A stretch of 64,000 nt of DNA from Thermoproteota archaeon (lineage in GTDB: Archaea; Thermoproteota; Thermoprotei_A; Sulfolobales; Pyrodictiaceae). The number at the start of each line of letters is the position of its first letter. Position 1 is the stretch's first letter. Both the position numbers and the translations under genes were made by a program. Location: positions 1,718-65,717 of the forward strand of contig JBEVCG010000059.1 in the NCBI GenBank assembly GCA_040514325.1. Reading direction: 5' to 3'. This document shows positions 28,871 through 38,434 of this stretch, piece after piece. The notes beneath the pieces are model-generated. The model was not told where the DNA came from. It searched no databases and worked only from the letters and a program-made list of their open reading frames with translations.

Positions 28871-29272
28871 TTAGCTCTGCGAACCGTACATCTCCTCATA
28901 ACGCTTAATCCATTCCTCGACTACATCATAGCCGAAAAGTTCCATTAGCATCTTGCGGCCTTCAGACGTCACGCGACGAGGATCCCATGGCGTTTCAACG
29001 TCAACCTCAACCTCGACGTCCTTAATTTCTGGCACTGCCTGGCGTACTGCTTCCTCGACCATAATCGCAAGTGTAGAAGCTACCGGACATCCAGGAGCCG
29101 TAACACCTATCCGCAGCCTTACACGAAGATCGTCTGTCACTTCGAGGCTATATATTAGCCCGAGATCGTAGATGTTGACGGGTATCTCTGGATCATAGAC
29201 AGTTCTGAGCGCTTCTATCACCTTCTTCTTAACTTCCTCTCGATCCACCTGTGCCACCTTCAAACGCACCAA
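28871..29272 (-). CDS. DUF59/MIP18-family Fe-S cluster assembly protein (SufT/PaaD-like)
   Basis: 133-aa ORF with the typical ALRTVYDPEIPVNIYDLGLIY and GCPV motifs. Confidence 0.8.
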   Translation of the reverse strand: MVRLKVAQVDREEVKKKVIEALRTVYDPEIPVNIYDLGLIYSLEVTDDLRVRLRIGVTAPGCPVASTLAIMVEEAVRQAVPEIKDVEVEVDVETPWDPRRVTSEGRKMLMELFGYDVVEEWIKRYEEMYGSQS

Positions 29273-29297
29273 GGCTTTCTAGGGTTAAAGCAAACCC

Positions 29298-29492
29298 TTA
29301 TCTACGCTTTTCTGCGCAGGTTCGGAGAGCCCTCGCCGCAACGATATATGAGATCAGCGGCGAGGCCACTACAACTGCTACACCAAGAGTTAGTAATGTC
29401 ACTGAAGTTTGCTTCTTCCCGACATAAGCTAAGTATATGCCTAGTAAGGCCAGAGGCACCATGATGGCGTTGAGCAGTAGGATCCCCCTCAA
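29298..29492 (-). CDS. small two-TM membrane protein (hypothetical)
   Basis: 64-aa ORF with two hydrophobic helices, lying between the DUF59 and cinA-like genes on the same strand. Confidence 0.35.
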   Translation of the reverse strand: MRGILLLNAIMVPLALLGIYLAYVGKKQTSVTLLTLGVAVVVASPLISYIVAARALRTCAEKRR

Positions 29493-29528
29493 AAAGATGC
29501 TCTGCGCTGAGACGTCTTTCAGCCTACC

Positions 29529-30323
29529 TCACCCCGTCTTTAACTTTTCTACCTCTCTCGCCACTGCCTCCAGAACCTTGTTGGCTAGCGCTTCTGCCTC
29601 CTCACACCTTTCAGCGGAAGCTAGCACCTTGACCTCGACCCTAGGCTCCTGTGTTTCGTGACCTAGCGGATGCGTCTTGACGTAGCAGCTGTCACACAGC
29701 GAAGCAGCTTTACGCACCAGCGGAGCTAGCGTGGACTCAGGGACACCTTCGATCGTCAATCCCCTCTCCCTAACGCATAGCTTGGGAAGAATTGGCTCAA
29801 GCTTCTGGAGGACCCAGGGGAACATTGCCTCCATTTCCCTCGGAACACCAGGAAGCGAGAACAGGTGGACGCCACGGTAGTTGACATACATTCCCGGTGC
29901 TGCTCCCACAGGGTTTGGTATGGGCTCAGCATCCTTAACGAGGTAGGCCATCTTCACCCTTTCGCGGGTGAGCGGGAGGCCACGTTTCGCGTAGAACTCT
30001 CTTACCATTAGTAGAGCTTGTTCATTTAGTACAAGGGGCAGGCCAAGCCCTGCAGCAATACCTTCTATCGTCATATCGTCATCTGTTGGTCCTAACCCCC
30101 CCGTAGTCACTACCACATCGACATTGCTTACAGCATCGCGCACCGTTACGGCTATATCATCTATGGAGTCAGGGATCACCAGTATCCTCTTCACATTAAC
30201 GCCTCTTAGGGTAAGCTCCCTTGCTATCCACGCGCCGTTCGAGTTCACTATTCTTCCCACGAGTAGCTCGTTCCCTATGTTTACTATCCAAGCTCTAGGT
30301 CTGTACAAGACCGACACACCCAA
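29529..30323 (-). CDS. CinA-like molybdopterin-binding (MoCF_biosynth) domain protein
   Basis: 264-aa ORF with N-terminal IVNIGNELLVGRIVNSNGAWIARELTLRGV and TTGGLGPTDDD motifs. A TATA-like AATTATAG lies 21-28 nt upstream on the minus strand. Confidence 0.8.
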   Translation of the reverse strand: MGVSVLYRPRAWIVNIGNELLVGRIVNSNGAWIARELTLRGVNVKRILVIPDSIDDIAVTVRDAVSNVDVVVTTGGLGPTDDDMTIEGIAAGLGLPLVLNEQALLMVREFYAKRGLPLTRERVKMAYLVKDAEPIPNPVGAAPGMYVNYRGVHLFSLPGVPREMEAMFPWVLQKLEPILPKLCVRERGLTIEGVPESTLAPLVRKAASLCDSCYVKTHPLGHETQEPRVEVKVLASAERCEEAEALANKVLEAVAREVEKLKTG

Positions 30324-30603
30324 AAGCTTCCTAGCCCCACAATCTATAATTGCGCGCCGCCCTCCCGACGTCCCCGTACGGGGTTAGGATGAGGGGAGGG
30401 AACTTTACCTTAACCATTCAGATTAAATCGCTACTGCTCCGCGATGATGCTGACTCCTCGAGGCCGACGATATCGATAGCCAATCCTGGACCGTGCTTCT
30501 TGCTTGCCAGCCTGTACTAATCGTTACACCGTTAGTGGCAGCCGAGATAACGAGATAGCTCTAGCCTAAAATGGTAAAGAATTGTGTGGAGGGTAAGAAC
30601 ACG

Positions 30604-31944
30604 CTAGTATAGAAGGACCAGCTTGTGTTCCCTCTCGTCTAGGGGGTTAACATCAAAGCAGTACTTCACTGTCATAAACTCCCTTCGGTACTCGGCAACC
30701 TCTGCCGCTACCTTCTTCGAATCTTCCTTCTTTATGAGTACTCTAGCGATGAAGCGCGCAATATCCTTCATGTTGTCCTCCTTCATCCCGAACCTTGTCA
30801 TCTCCTGGACGCCCAGCCTTAACCCGCTTGGATCCTTTATGGCGTCGGGCGGGTCGTATGGGAGGAGGTTCTTGTTGACTATTATGTTAGCATCCTCAAG
30901 GAGCACTGCCGCCTTTGCACCGCCACCCTGCGGGCGAACGTCGAGCACAACCTGGTGGCTCTTGGTGTAGCCAAGGTGCTCTCCCAGGACCTTGAACCCC
31001 TCGGCTGCGAGAGCTTCCGCCAAAGCTTTCGCGTTCCTAACCACCTGGTCCGCGTAAGCTTCGCCGAAGTGCTTCATTTCGACCGCTGTTATGGCGAGAG
31101 CCGGCAATCTGTGCAGGTGATGATTGCTGACGAAGAGCGGGAATATTGCTCTGCCTATCCTCTTGAAGAGCTCCTCGTCCCTAGTAGCTACGATACCGCC
31201 CTGCGGTCCCGGGAACGTCTTGTGGGTCGAGGCCGTTAGAACGTCTGCTCCGTGCTCGAGAGGGTTCCTCCACCTCTTGCCCACTATGAGGCCGAGCACG
31301 TGGGCGGCGTCGTAGACGAGCTTCGCGCCAACAGAATGTGCTGCATCGGCTATCTCCTTCACGGGATGGGGGAAGAGGTAGACACTACCGCCGAGAACAG
31401 CAAATGCTGGCTTGACCTCTTCTATCAGTTTTGTGGCACGGTCAACATCGACGTTCATGTTCTCGGCATCATATGGCATCTCAATATGTTCTATGCACAG
31501 AGCACCAAGGGTACCGAACTTGGTATGGCTTACGTGCGCACCCGCTTGAACCGGGGCTATGACGGCTTTTGAGCCGCAGCCCCCGAGAACACGGAAGACA
31601 GAGGCGTTTGCGACCGTGCCGCTAACGGGGCGGGGATCCACCAGAGCACCACCGAGGAGCTCGCCCATGAGGCTAGCAGCCTTCACCTCCACCTCGTCGA
31701 CGAACCTTGTACCCTGATAGTACCTCTTGAAAGGCTTGCCCTCTGCGTAGCGGTGCATCATATCCGTCACGTATGCTGCCTCCGCAAGAGGGCTCATAAC
31801 GTTCTCGCTTGCTATCAAATTTATCGTCTCATACCTTCGCCATCTATTGTGCTTCATAGTGGTTTCAAGGATCTCTCTTGCCTCTACGGGAAGCTTTGAG
31901 AAAGCATAATCCCAGAAGGACGACACTACCGGCACCACAACCAC
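30604..31944 (-). CDS. glyA: serine hydroxymethyltransferase
   Basis: 446-aa ORF with the PLP-lysine motif [11 protein letters not shown] and the SHMT N-terminal INLIASEN motif. Confidence 0.92.
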   Translation of the reverse strand: MVVVPVVSSFWDYAFSKLPVEAREILETTMKHNRWRRYETINLIASENVMSPLAEAAYVTDMMHRYAEGKPFKRYYQGTRFVDEVEVKAASLMGELLGGALVDPRPVSGTVANASVFRVLGGCGSKAVIAPVQAGAHVSHTKFGTLGALCIEHIEMPYDAENMNVDVDRATKLIEEVKPAFAVLGGSVYLFPHPVKEIADAAHSVGAKLVYDAAHVLGLIVGKRWRNPLEHGADVLTASTHKTFPGPQGGIVATRDEELFKRIGRAIFPLFVSNHHLHRLPALAITAVEMKHFGEAYADQVVRNAKALAEALAAEGFKVLGEHLGYTKSHQVVLDVRPQGGGAKAAVLLEDANIIVNKNLLPYDPPDAIKDPSGLRLGVQEMTRFGMKEDNMKDIARFIARVLIKKEDSKKVAAEVAEYRREFMTVKYCFDVNPLDEREHKLVLLY

Positions 31945-32172
31945 ACATACACCTTGTACAGTAAAAACCCTCTCGGTACATGCTTCAAATAAGTTTAGTA
32001 AAGTACGCTAAAAGATAAAATGAAGAACGTACGGTACTACGACAGCCTCCAGACAAGGCAAACGGAAGCATTTTCGTATACGCTTCAAGCCTACCATGTA
32101 GGATTCGCTGTTTGTATGGAGGTGAGGGGCTTATGTGCCTGCTAGCCAGAATACTTTCGGTGGGGTCTCCCA

Positions 32173-32604
32173 GTGCCTGTGGAAGCGGCTTACTTTGACC
32201 CTAATATAACGCTTGCAGCAGAAGCTGCAAGCTATCCGCTTGGAGCCGGTAGCGCTGTGGACGCAGAGGTTATCGTTTACGGGGGCCTTGACCCGGTAAC
32301 GGACGAGCTAATCCAGGCTACACGTAAAGCTGCCGAGGTCCTGGAGAGAGATTACGGTGTCATCGTCACGGTCGAGCCCAAGATTGTGTGGTGGAGCTTC
32401 GCTCCAAATACGTCATTTGTATTTGGTCCAGAGCTTCCTGTGCTCGAGATCAACGGTATACCCGTGGTTGAAGGACGTGCAGCCGCTCCAGAGGAGATTG
32501 TCGACTACGTGCTTAGCTTACTTGGAGAGAGAGGACGTATGGGGCTACCCCCACGCAGTGTAAACATCAGAGAGCACTTTGATATAGCTGCTGTGGTGAG
32601 TTAG
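32173..32604 (+). CDS. hypothetical protein
   Basis: 143-aa ORF with a GTG start. Its 3' end overlaps the convergent kinase gene by 60 nt. No motif recognised. Confidence 0.4.
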   Translation: MPVEAAYFDPNITLAAEAASYPLGAGSAVDAEVIVYGGLDPVTDELIQATRKAAEVLERDYGVIVTVEPKIVWWSFAPNTSFVFGPELPVLEINGIPVVEGRAAAPEEIVDYVLSLLGERGRMGLPPRSVNIREHFDIAAVVS

Positions 32605-33456
32605 CCTTTGTAATCTACATTTTGGCTTTTCGTAGAAGCTCCTGCAGTTGCACCCTCTAAGACTTGTTGAAAGCTTCCTGCACTCAAGCAGACAGGAGAC
32701 GACCGAGGACGCTCTGCATAGAGAATCCTCCATGTCTGCTCCTTCACACAGAGAAAGAAGCAGCGTGGCCGAGAACATGTCGCCAGCACCAGTTGTCCTT
32801 GTGCCTTTAACGGGATCAGCCGCAACGTAAAGGAGAGCGCCGCCGGAATCCCACGCAACTGAACCACTGCTGCCCAGCGTTAACACCAGTTGGGGGAAAC
32901 TGGCTGCAAGCACCTCGAGGACTTCCACGTTGTACACGTTGTAATTTAGATCTTCGATGCTCGCTTTTGCAACAATCGTGCCGGCCCCGTGCACTAGCGC
33001 ATGCAACACTGCTGCTACGCCGACATCCAGCCTTGTCTCTATACTCCTTGAGACCCATCCAGCAACTCTGAAGAACCCTTGAAGATCTGCAAGGGCTACC
33101 CTATAGTGGTGAAGCCTCGCAAGGACATCCGATCCCACATCCCAGTAGACAGGAGAAAGAAGGAGGGCCTCGCCTCCCAGCCATAATGTGTCGGCCTTGC
33201 ACTCGCGTAAAACCTTGAGAGACCTACTACCATCCTCAGCTTCGTCTATGTCAAACACTAAGTAGCACGAGGGTTTCGGGCGCGATCCTCTAGGGTAGCC
33301 ACCCATGTCGATTGGCGCTGGAACTCGCAGCTCGGCGGAGGCCTCTATGGACTCTAGAGCTTTCCACGCATAGTATAAAGGACCGCCGAGTATCTTGTCA
33401 CCTTCAACTACATCATAAGTTGGCAGAGAGATTACGTCAATGCTACACTTCGTCAA
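32545..33456 (-). CDS. PfkB-family carbohydrate/nucleoside kinase
   Basis: 303-aa ORF with the C-terminal TTGAGDMFSATLL (GAGD anion-hole motif) of the ribokinase/PfkB family. Confidence 0.75.
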   Translation of the reverse strand: MTKCSIDVISLPTYDVVEGDKILGGPLYYAWKALESIEASAELRVPAPIDMGGYPRGSRPKPSCYLVFDIDEAEDGSRSLKVLRECKADTLWLGGEALLLSPVYWDVGSDVLARLHHYRVALADLQGFFRVAGWVSRSIETRLDVGVAAVLHALVHGAGTIVAKASIEDLNYNVYNVEVLEVLAASFPQLVLTLGSSGSVAWDSGGALLYVAADPVKGTRTTGAGDMFSATLLLSLCEGADMEDSLCRASSVVSCLLECRKLSTSLRGCNCRSFYEKPKCRLQRLTHHSSYIKVLSDVYTAWG

Positions 33457-33640
33457 GTTCCTCTTCTTCCCCCTCCCCCATCTCCTCAGACGGCATGTAG
33501 CCAGTAGGAGTAGCGTGCCTTCTGGTAACGTGCGATATTATGTGGTAAACGAGATCCCTTTCGGAGAAAAAGTACGAAGAGCTTTCAGACAAGCCACATA
33601 TAGGGCATGCATACAGCTTCGTCGAAGCATCTCGGGGCAC
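33443..33640 (-). CDS. small C2H2-like zinc-finger protein with acidic tail
   Basis: 65-aa ORF with CPIC-x17-H-x3-H (CPICG...YHIISH) and a terminal EEMGEGEEEELDE. It overlaps the start of the kinase gene by 14 nt. Confidence 0.45.
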   Translation of the reverse strand: MPRDASTKLYACPICGLSESSSYFFSERDLVYHIISHVTRRHATPTGYMPSEEMGEGEEEELDEV

Positions 33641-33712
33641 TTTAAGCTTTACACCATCTACTTCAATCTCTGCCTCTTCCCACTTGGGTTCCCATTGGAG
33701 GGACAGACTCCA

Positions 33713-35074
33713 TCACCTCTTTGATTCTAGGCTTGCCAAGTACTCGTTGTACAGGTTCTGTGCAGCCGCAATCCATCTGGACAGCTGCTCAGGCTGCTCA
33801 GGGTAGCTTTCATAGTGGTTCTTGATCTTCTTCATATAGTCGGCGACCAGCTTAAGCTTTGACAGCAGCGAGGGCCTACCGAGGCCGCGAAGGAGTATCA
33901 TTGCTTTCTCTACTATGCTTAGCCTTATGTCTCCAGCCGAGCTTGTGTAGTAAACGTCTTGCTCCGGTATCAGCTTGTTCTTCATGCCATACTCTATGTC
34001 CTCGTTGGGGAGCATCTGGAGAAACCTTCTGAAGACGTCGAGTGCTGCTTGACGGGCTCCCACTGCCTTCATGTAGTTGACGTTTAAGCTCCAGAGCCCT
34101 TTGGACGTAAAGTCCCCCCTTTCGAAGGCCTCCTCTATGGCCCTAGCAGCAAAGTACGCTGCCCTAAAGCTGTAGCCCATCCCTCCACCGTGCAAGGGGT
34201 TTACAGTGTACCCAGCGTCTCCGATCACCACAATACCGGGACCAACCATACTGTTGGAAGGGTGCCGGGTTGGCAGAGGAGCGCCAGCACCTCTCTTTAC
34301 AACGTATTTACGGCTTAGTAGCGCGTGTTTCGTAAGCTTTTCTTTATACAGCCTCAGGGGGTTGGGGTATCCCTTCCCGTTCTGCACTCCAAGCCCCACG
34401 TTGGCAGCCGTGCTGGACTCCGGGAAGAACCACCAATACCCCCCAGGAGCCACATCCTGGTTCAAGTATATCCTTATGATGTCAGGCCTCTCTATGGTGA
34501 AGTCCTCGTACTCTATAACCTCCCTATAGGCAACCTCGTAGTCCGTAGGTTCTATGTCCTCATAGACTGGCCATTCCTTCGGCAACCTTAGCCTTATTAC
34601 GCGCGAGAACCCTGTTGCCTCGACAACAACCTTTGCCCGAACGTAGACTTTCCCTTTACCGCCTTTCAGCAAAACGCCTGCAACCTTTCCATTCTCAATG
34701 ATGGGGGCCAAGATGCTGGTCTTCAGAAGGATATCGGCACCCCTATCCATTGCCTCCTTTATCAGCCAGCGGCCCATTTCCCCTCTGTCAATAATGTAGC
34801 CTTCGCCTAGTATCCTGTAGCGCACATTCTCGCTAGGGCTAAAGATGTCTATGCCGCTGACACGGTTCTTTATCACCCTGCTGGGCAGCTCTGGCAGATG
34901 AGCTTCGCGTGGATGATGAGCGCCTATAGCATCACCGCAAGGCTTACCCCAGAGCGAGCCCCAATCCCGCTGGTCAACACCCAAAACCTTTATGCCTAGC
35001 CTGGCGAGGTGCCATAGAGCCGTTGCTCCCGCAGGTCCGAGGCCAGCTACCACAACATCGTAGCTCTCCTCCAC
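33713..35074 (-). CDS. geranylgeranyl reductase family flavoprotein (digeranylgeranylglycerophospholipid reductase-like)
   Basis: 453-aa ORF. N-terminal FAD fold YDVVVAGLGPAGATA, an internal CGDAI motif, and VVIGDAGYTVNPLHGGGMG typical of archaeal GGR. Confidence 0.85.
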   Translation of the reverse strand: MEESYDVVVAGLGPAGATALWHLARLGIKVLGVDQRDWGSLWGKPCGDAIGAHHPREAHLPELPSRVIKNRVSGIDIFSPSENVRYRILGEGYIIDRGEMGRWLIKEAMDRGADILLKTSILAPIIENGKVAGVLLKGGKGKVYVRAKVVVEATGFSRVIRLRLPKEWPVYEDIEPTDYEVAYREVIEYEDFTIERPDIIRIYLNQDVAPGGYWWFFPESSTAANVGLGVQNGKGYPNPLRLYKEKLTKHALLSRKYVVKRGAGAPLPTRHPSNSMVGPGIVVIGDAGYTVNPLHGGGMGYSFRAAYFAARAIEEAFERGDFTSKGLWSLNVNYMKAVGARQAALDVFRRFLQMLPNEDIEYGMKNKLIPEQDVYYTSSAGDIRLSIVEKAMILLRGLGRPSLLSKLKLVADYMKKIKNHYESYPEQPEQLSRWIAAAQNLYNEYLASLESKR

Positions 35075-35291
35075 ACCATTTCACCTGCCGCATCCATACT
35101 GACAGCGGAAAATGCTCCTAGAAGTGGTTTGCGCCACGACCATCCACGTGTATGCACCCTCGTGTAACGTAGCAAAAGTTGCAGTAATCATCAAGAGGAC
35201 CGTAACGTATGGCAGATTCTCCTGCGTTCAACAACGGAGATAAAAGCATAATACCTTATCGTCTGCACTCCTCTGGTATAAGGGTGACAGC

Positions 35292-35837
35292 ATGTCGTTC
35301 TTCAGGAGAAGGAGGTGGTGGATAGACGAATTCTTTGAAGATCTTGAGGAGATGCTGCGTGACATGGAACGCATGATGGAGCGCTTCTTTGAAGATGTGG
35401 AGAGAAGTAGAATTTACATGAGGCCGGGGGAGACCAGCGTTAGGGGACCCATCGTCTACGGGTTCCGCATAACTATAGGTCCAGACGGTAAGCCTATCGT
35501 AGAGGAGTTCGGCAACGTTAAGCGTGTAGGCAGGAGGACCATTGTAGAGGAGGAAATGGAGCCTTTAGTTGACGTTATTGACGAGAAGGACCGCGTCGTG
35601 GTAGTGGCCGAGATGCCCGGCGTTGACAAGGATAAAATAGACCTCACTATACGAGACAGGAAGCTTATAATCAAGGCTAGGGGCCGCGACCGAAGCTATT
35701 ACAAGGAGGTGGATCTACCGGCTAAAGTTAAGGCTGAAACTGCCAAGGCTAAGTACAACAATGGCGTCCTTGAGGTCACGGTAGAGAAGGAGAAGCCTGA
35801 AACCAAGGAGGAGGGCATAAAAGTCAAGGTGGAGTAA
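35292..35837 (+). CDS. hsp20: small heat-shock protein (Hsp20/alpha-crystallin)
   Basis: 181-aa ORF with alpha-crystallin domain signatures VVVAEMPGVDKDKIDL and AKYNNGVLEVTVEK. Confidence 0.9.
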   Translation: MSFFRRRRWWIDEFFEDLEEMLRDMERMMERFFEDVERSRIYMRPGETSVRGPIVYGFRITIGPDGKPIVEEFGNVKRVGRRTIVEEEMEPLVDVIDEKDRVVVVAEMPGVDKDKIDLTIRDRKLIIKARGRDRSYYKEVDLPAKVKAETAKAKYNNGVLEVTVEKEKPETKEEGIKVKVE

Positions 35838-35903
35838 TAGCCGGATGTACACGCTGCATGAACAGGCCCGGCGAGCCTCTTCTCTGCCTCCCCGCAAATG
35901 CCC

Positions 35904-36473
35904 CTATCTACTCGTCTTCTTTTCAACTACAACTTTGTCCGAGGCTATGGCGCTCGTGCCTGTGGGATCGTCTATTACCAGGGTAAATCTCCTCTTACCC
36001 TCTTTAGCTTCGTTAATAGCATTCTCAGCACTCTTGCAGGCATCTGCGTGGCTGTCCTTCTCGCGTCCCCGCTCTTTGCAGAGCACTGCCAAGATCCTTA
36101 GGAACCGTTCAAGAACGCCCTCGACCGTCGTTATGAAGCCTGTCGAAGCGGGGCCGGGCGTCATTTCAAGCCCAAGCTCGGGCACTCTTACTGTGGCGTA
36201 TGGTGACACCACTACAAGTGCTCTGAGATCCCTATCGCCATCTACGCTTAGCTTAAGCACCGTGGGGCCATGCGATTCGAGAAGCCGGGCATCTGTGAAC
36301 TTGTAGCCGCAGGTGCTGCACCGCCCCACCGAGATAACCGTTTCACCGAATAGCGGGACCTCGTAGAGGTAGTCTACTAGCTCTAGGGTCTCGTTTCCAC
36401 ATACTGGACAGAATATCTTATGCCTAGCAAGGAGCTTCAACCCTGCCACGATCGGCTGCCTCCATCTCAGCAC
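35904..36473 (-). CDS. ZPR1-type zinc-finger protein
   Basis: 189-aa ORF. CPVCG...x...CSTCGYKF C4 finger followed by a beta-rich module, the layout of the archaeal ZPR1 family (COG1779). Confidence 0.7.
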   Translation of the reverse strand: MLRWRQPIVAGLKLLARHKIFCPVCGNETLELVDYLYEVPLFGETVISVGRCSTCGYKFTDARLLESHGPTVLKLSVDGDRDLRALVVVSPYATVRVPELGLEMTPGPASTGFITTVEGVLERFLRILAVLCKERGREKDSHADACKSAENAINEAKEGKRRFTLVIDDPTGTSAIASDKVVVEKKTSR

Positions 36474-36734
36474 GGATGTACTACCTTAGTCCAGCTTTAC
36501 AGTTTTACCTCCGCGTTGTTCCACATCCTGCACAAATCCCGCAAGGCCAAATAGAGATGCTTCTTTTCCATGGATTGGCTTCTCTGCAGCGCGTTCCCCT
36601 GGTATTACCGCAACCCCCTTTAAACGAAAGCCTCAACTCTCAAAGAAGGAGGCTCTAGCCATGTTGCAACAAACTATGGAAGTAAAGCTATTCATTTCTC
36701 AGCCATCGTACACTTCATAGTGCGGCGGTGATTC

Positions 36735-36989
36735 TTGGAAGAGGGGAGGCAGGCAGAGCACTTCTACCTTCCCATAGGCTCACCCAAGAAGGTGGTAAGC
36801 GTAAAGCTAGAAGTAGAGATAGTAGATGAGATGGACAAGCTCTGGCGTGCCCTTGGTTACAGTTCTCGCAGCGACTTCATAAGAGAGGCCATTCTAGCTT
36901 ACATGCAGCTCCTTAAAAACTCCACAACGCTAAGTACCAGCAGCAAAGAGGCAGCAGATGAGGAGGCTCCAGACAAAACTACTGGGTGA
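36735..36989 (+). CDS. ribbon-helix-helix (CopG/NikR-like) DNA-binding protein
   Basis: 84-aa ORF. VSVKLEVEIVDEMDKLWRALGYSSRSDFIREAILAYM follows the RHH beta-alpha-alpha pattern. Non-ATG start. Confidence 0.6.
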   Translation: MEEGRQAEHFYLPIGSPKKVVSVKLEVEIVDEMDKLWRALGYSSRSDFIREAILAYMQLLKNSTTLSTSSKEAADEEAPDKTTG

Positions 36990-37017
36990 TCGAAGCTTCG
37001 TTAAGCTCTATATCAAG

Positions 37018-37425
37018 CTATTCTCTCCTGCTCTTTCTCCGTGACAGTACCTCCTTCCTTATGCCCTCCAGAACCTCCCTAAGTGATTGAGCGCACTCCT
37101 CGAAGTCCGATATAAGCTTGTTTATGACCTTCTCCGGGTCATCTACGTAGTACTTGAATCTGGGCCTGCCTATCCTCGATGCGCGCTCCCGCGTTCTGTT
37201 CACGAAGCCTAGCTCCATAAGCTTTGACAACCCTCTGTTTATCGTAGCCTTCGTGAGTCCCAAGGCTCGCGTCAGATCGTCTACCGTGTATTCGCCATCC
37301 TCTAGAAGCTTGAATAGTATTGTTGCGTCTGTTTCGCTGAGATCGTAGCAAAACCTCAATGCCTCGGCGAGTATCGTCTCCCTTCCCGTGGGAAGCTTAA
37401 GCCTCTTAGATATGTATTCAACCAA
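37018..37425 (-). CDS. winged-HTH transcriptional regulator (TrmB/MarR-like)
   Basis: 135-aa ORF with DATILFKLLEDGEYTVDDLTRALGLTKATINRGLSKLMELGFV. Confidence 0.7.
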   Translation of the reverse strand: MVEYISKRLKLPTGRETILAEALRFCYDLSETDATILFKLLEDGEYTVDDLTRALGLTKATINRGLSKLMELGFVNRTRERASRIGRPRFKYYVDDPEKVINKLISDFEECAQSLREVLEGIRKEVLSRRKSRRE

Positions 37426-37570
37426 GGGAGGACCCCTTTCGCCCCTCTAAATTGATGATTTAGGTGACCTACGTAATATATTTTTTCATTGTATCGATAT
37501 ACGAATACTAATGCAACGACTAGAGAACGCCCTGTACAGCTAGCTAAAGCGCTTCAAGAAGTTTCTGATG

Positions 37571-38092
37571 TCACAGCAACCCTAGAAGCCGTGGTGTAAC
37601 GAACACCTCAACCGCTGCTGCAACAGCCAGCAACAAGATAGATAGTGAAAGTTCTGAGAGAGAGCGGGCGAGTCTCAGCTTCAGCGATGGATCATCCCTA
37701 GCGAGTAGCAGCCTTGACGAGGAAGTCGCCGAGAGTATTAGAGCATACACCTCGATAATCCCGTGCGGTGCTAGAGAGAGCACAACCGCTGGAAGAGGGG
37801 TGCCAGACCTTAGCGCAACCGCAGATACTGTGCCAACAACATAGCCGTTCACGCCGAGCAGCACGAGAGCCGGAATGACAAGAAGACCCAGAACAAACAG
37901 CAAAGCAGAAACTTGCACGTTGTTGGACAGCACAAGCACGTATGCCTCAAGATCGCTGAGCTCCGTGATTCTAGAAAACTCGCGTGCCACCTCGCTCGCT
38001 ATCTGCTGGCTTGGATATAGGACACCAAGCAATAGACCTGCAGCGAAGGATGCACCTGCAAGCCCTCTAACCGGCATCCCCAAAGCACACAC
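37571..38092 (-). CDS. SpoIIM-like (DUF95) integral membrane protein
   Basis: 173-aa polytopic ORF with PHGIIEVYALILS resembling the PHGxxE motif of the SpoIIM family. Confidence 0.55.
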   Translation of the reverse strand: MCALGMPVRGLAGASFAAGLLLGVLYPSQQIASEVAREFSRITELSDLEAYVLVLSNNVQVSALLFVLGLLVIPALVLLGVNGYVVGTVSAVALRSGTPLPAVVLSLAPHGIIEVYALILSATSSSRLLLARDDPSLKLRLARSLSELSLSILLLAVAAAVEVFVTPRLLGLL

Positions 38093-38217
38093 CCAACCGG
38101 GTAGTAAGACGAAGACGAATCACAGAGCTTTAACGCCACATCAGCATTTTACCGTTAATACACACAGGCCTCTTATAGGTGGTGAGGGTAAGCGTTAGCA
38201 TGGGTTAGCGTAGAGCC

Positions 38218-38289
38218 GGCTGTGATGAGCGATTCCGGTTCCGAGAGCTTAGATGCGGGCCTATGAGGATCCGTGTGAGGGCTGATCCC
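38218..38289 (+). ncRNA. box C/D sRNA candidate
   Basis: GUGAUGA (C, 38222-38228), 12 nt, CCGA (D'-like, 38241-38244), 18 nt, AUGAGGA (C', 38263-38269), 12 nt, CUGA (D, 38282-38285). The only ORF here is a 68-aa antisense ORF that I consider spurious. Confidence 0.5.
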
Positions 38290-38434
38290 TAGCAGGTCAG
38301 CGAAGGACCACGCAGCCATCGCACCGTCTACACCGGTGCGTACTGCTTGTAGGGGCTTCATCATCCAGGAAGACTGCATCCTGCAGGATAGCTATAAGGG
38401 TGCTCTGAATCTATCGCGTGGGTAGGAGTGCAGC

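Noticed and set aside
37450-37470. UUGAUGA C-box-like sequence (also at 35185-35195 minus strand and 30452-30462 plus strand)
   Set aside because: No CUGA D box at the required 12-nt spacing or within about 60 nt, so these are isolated matches expected by chance.
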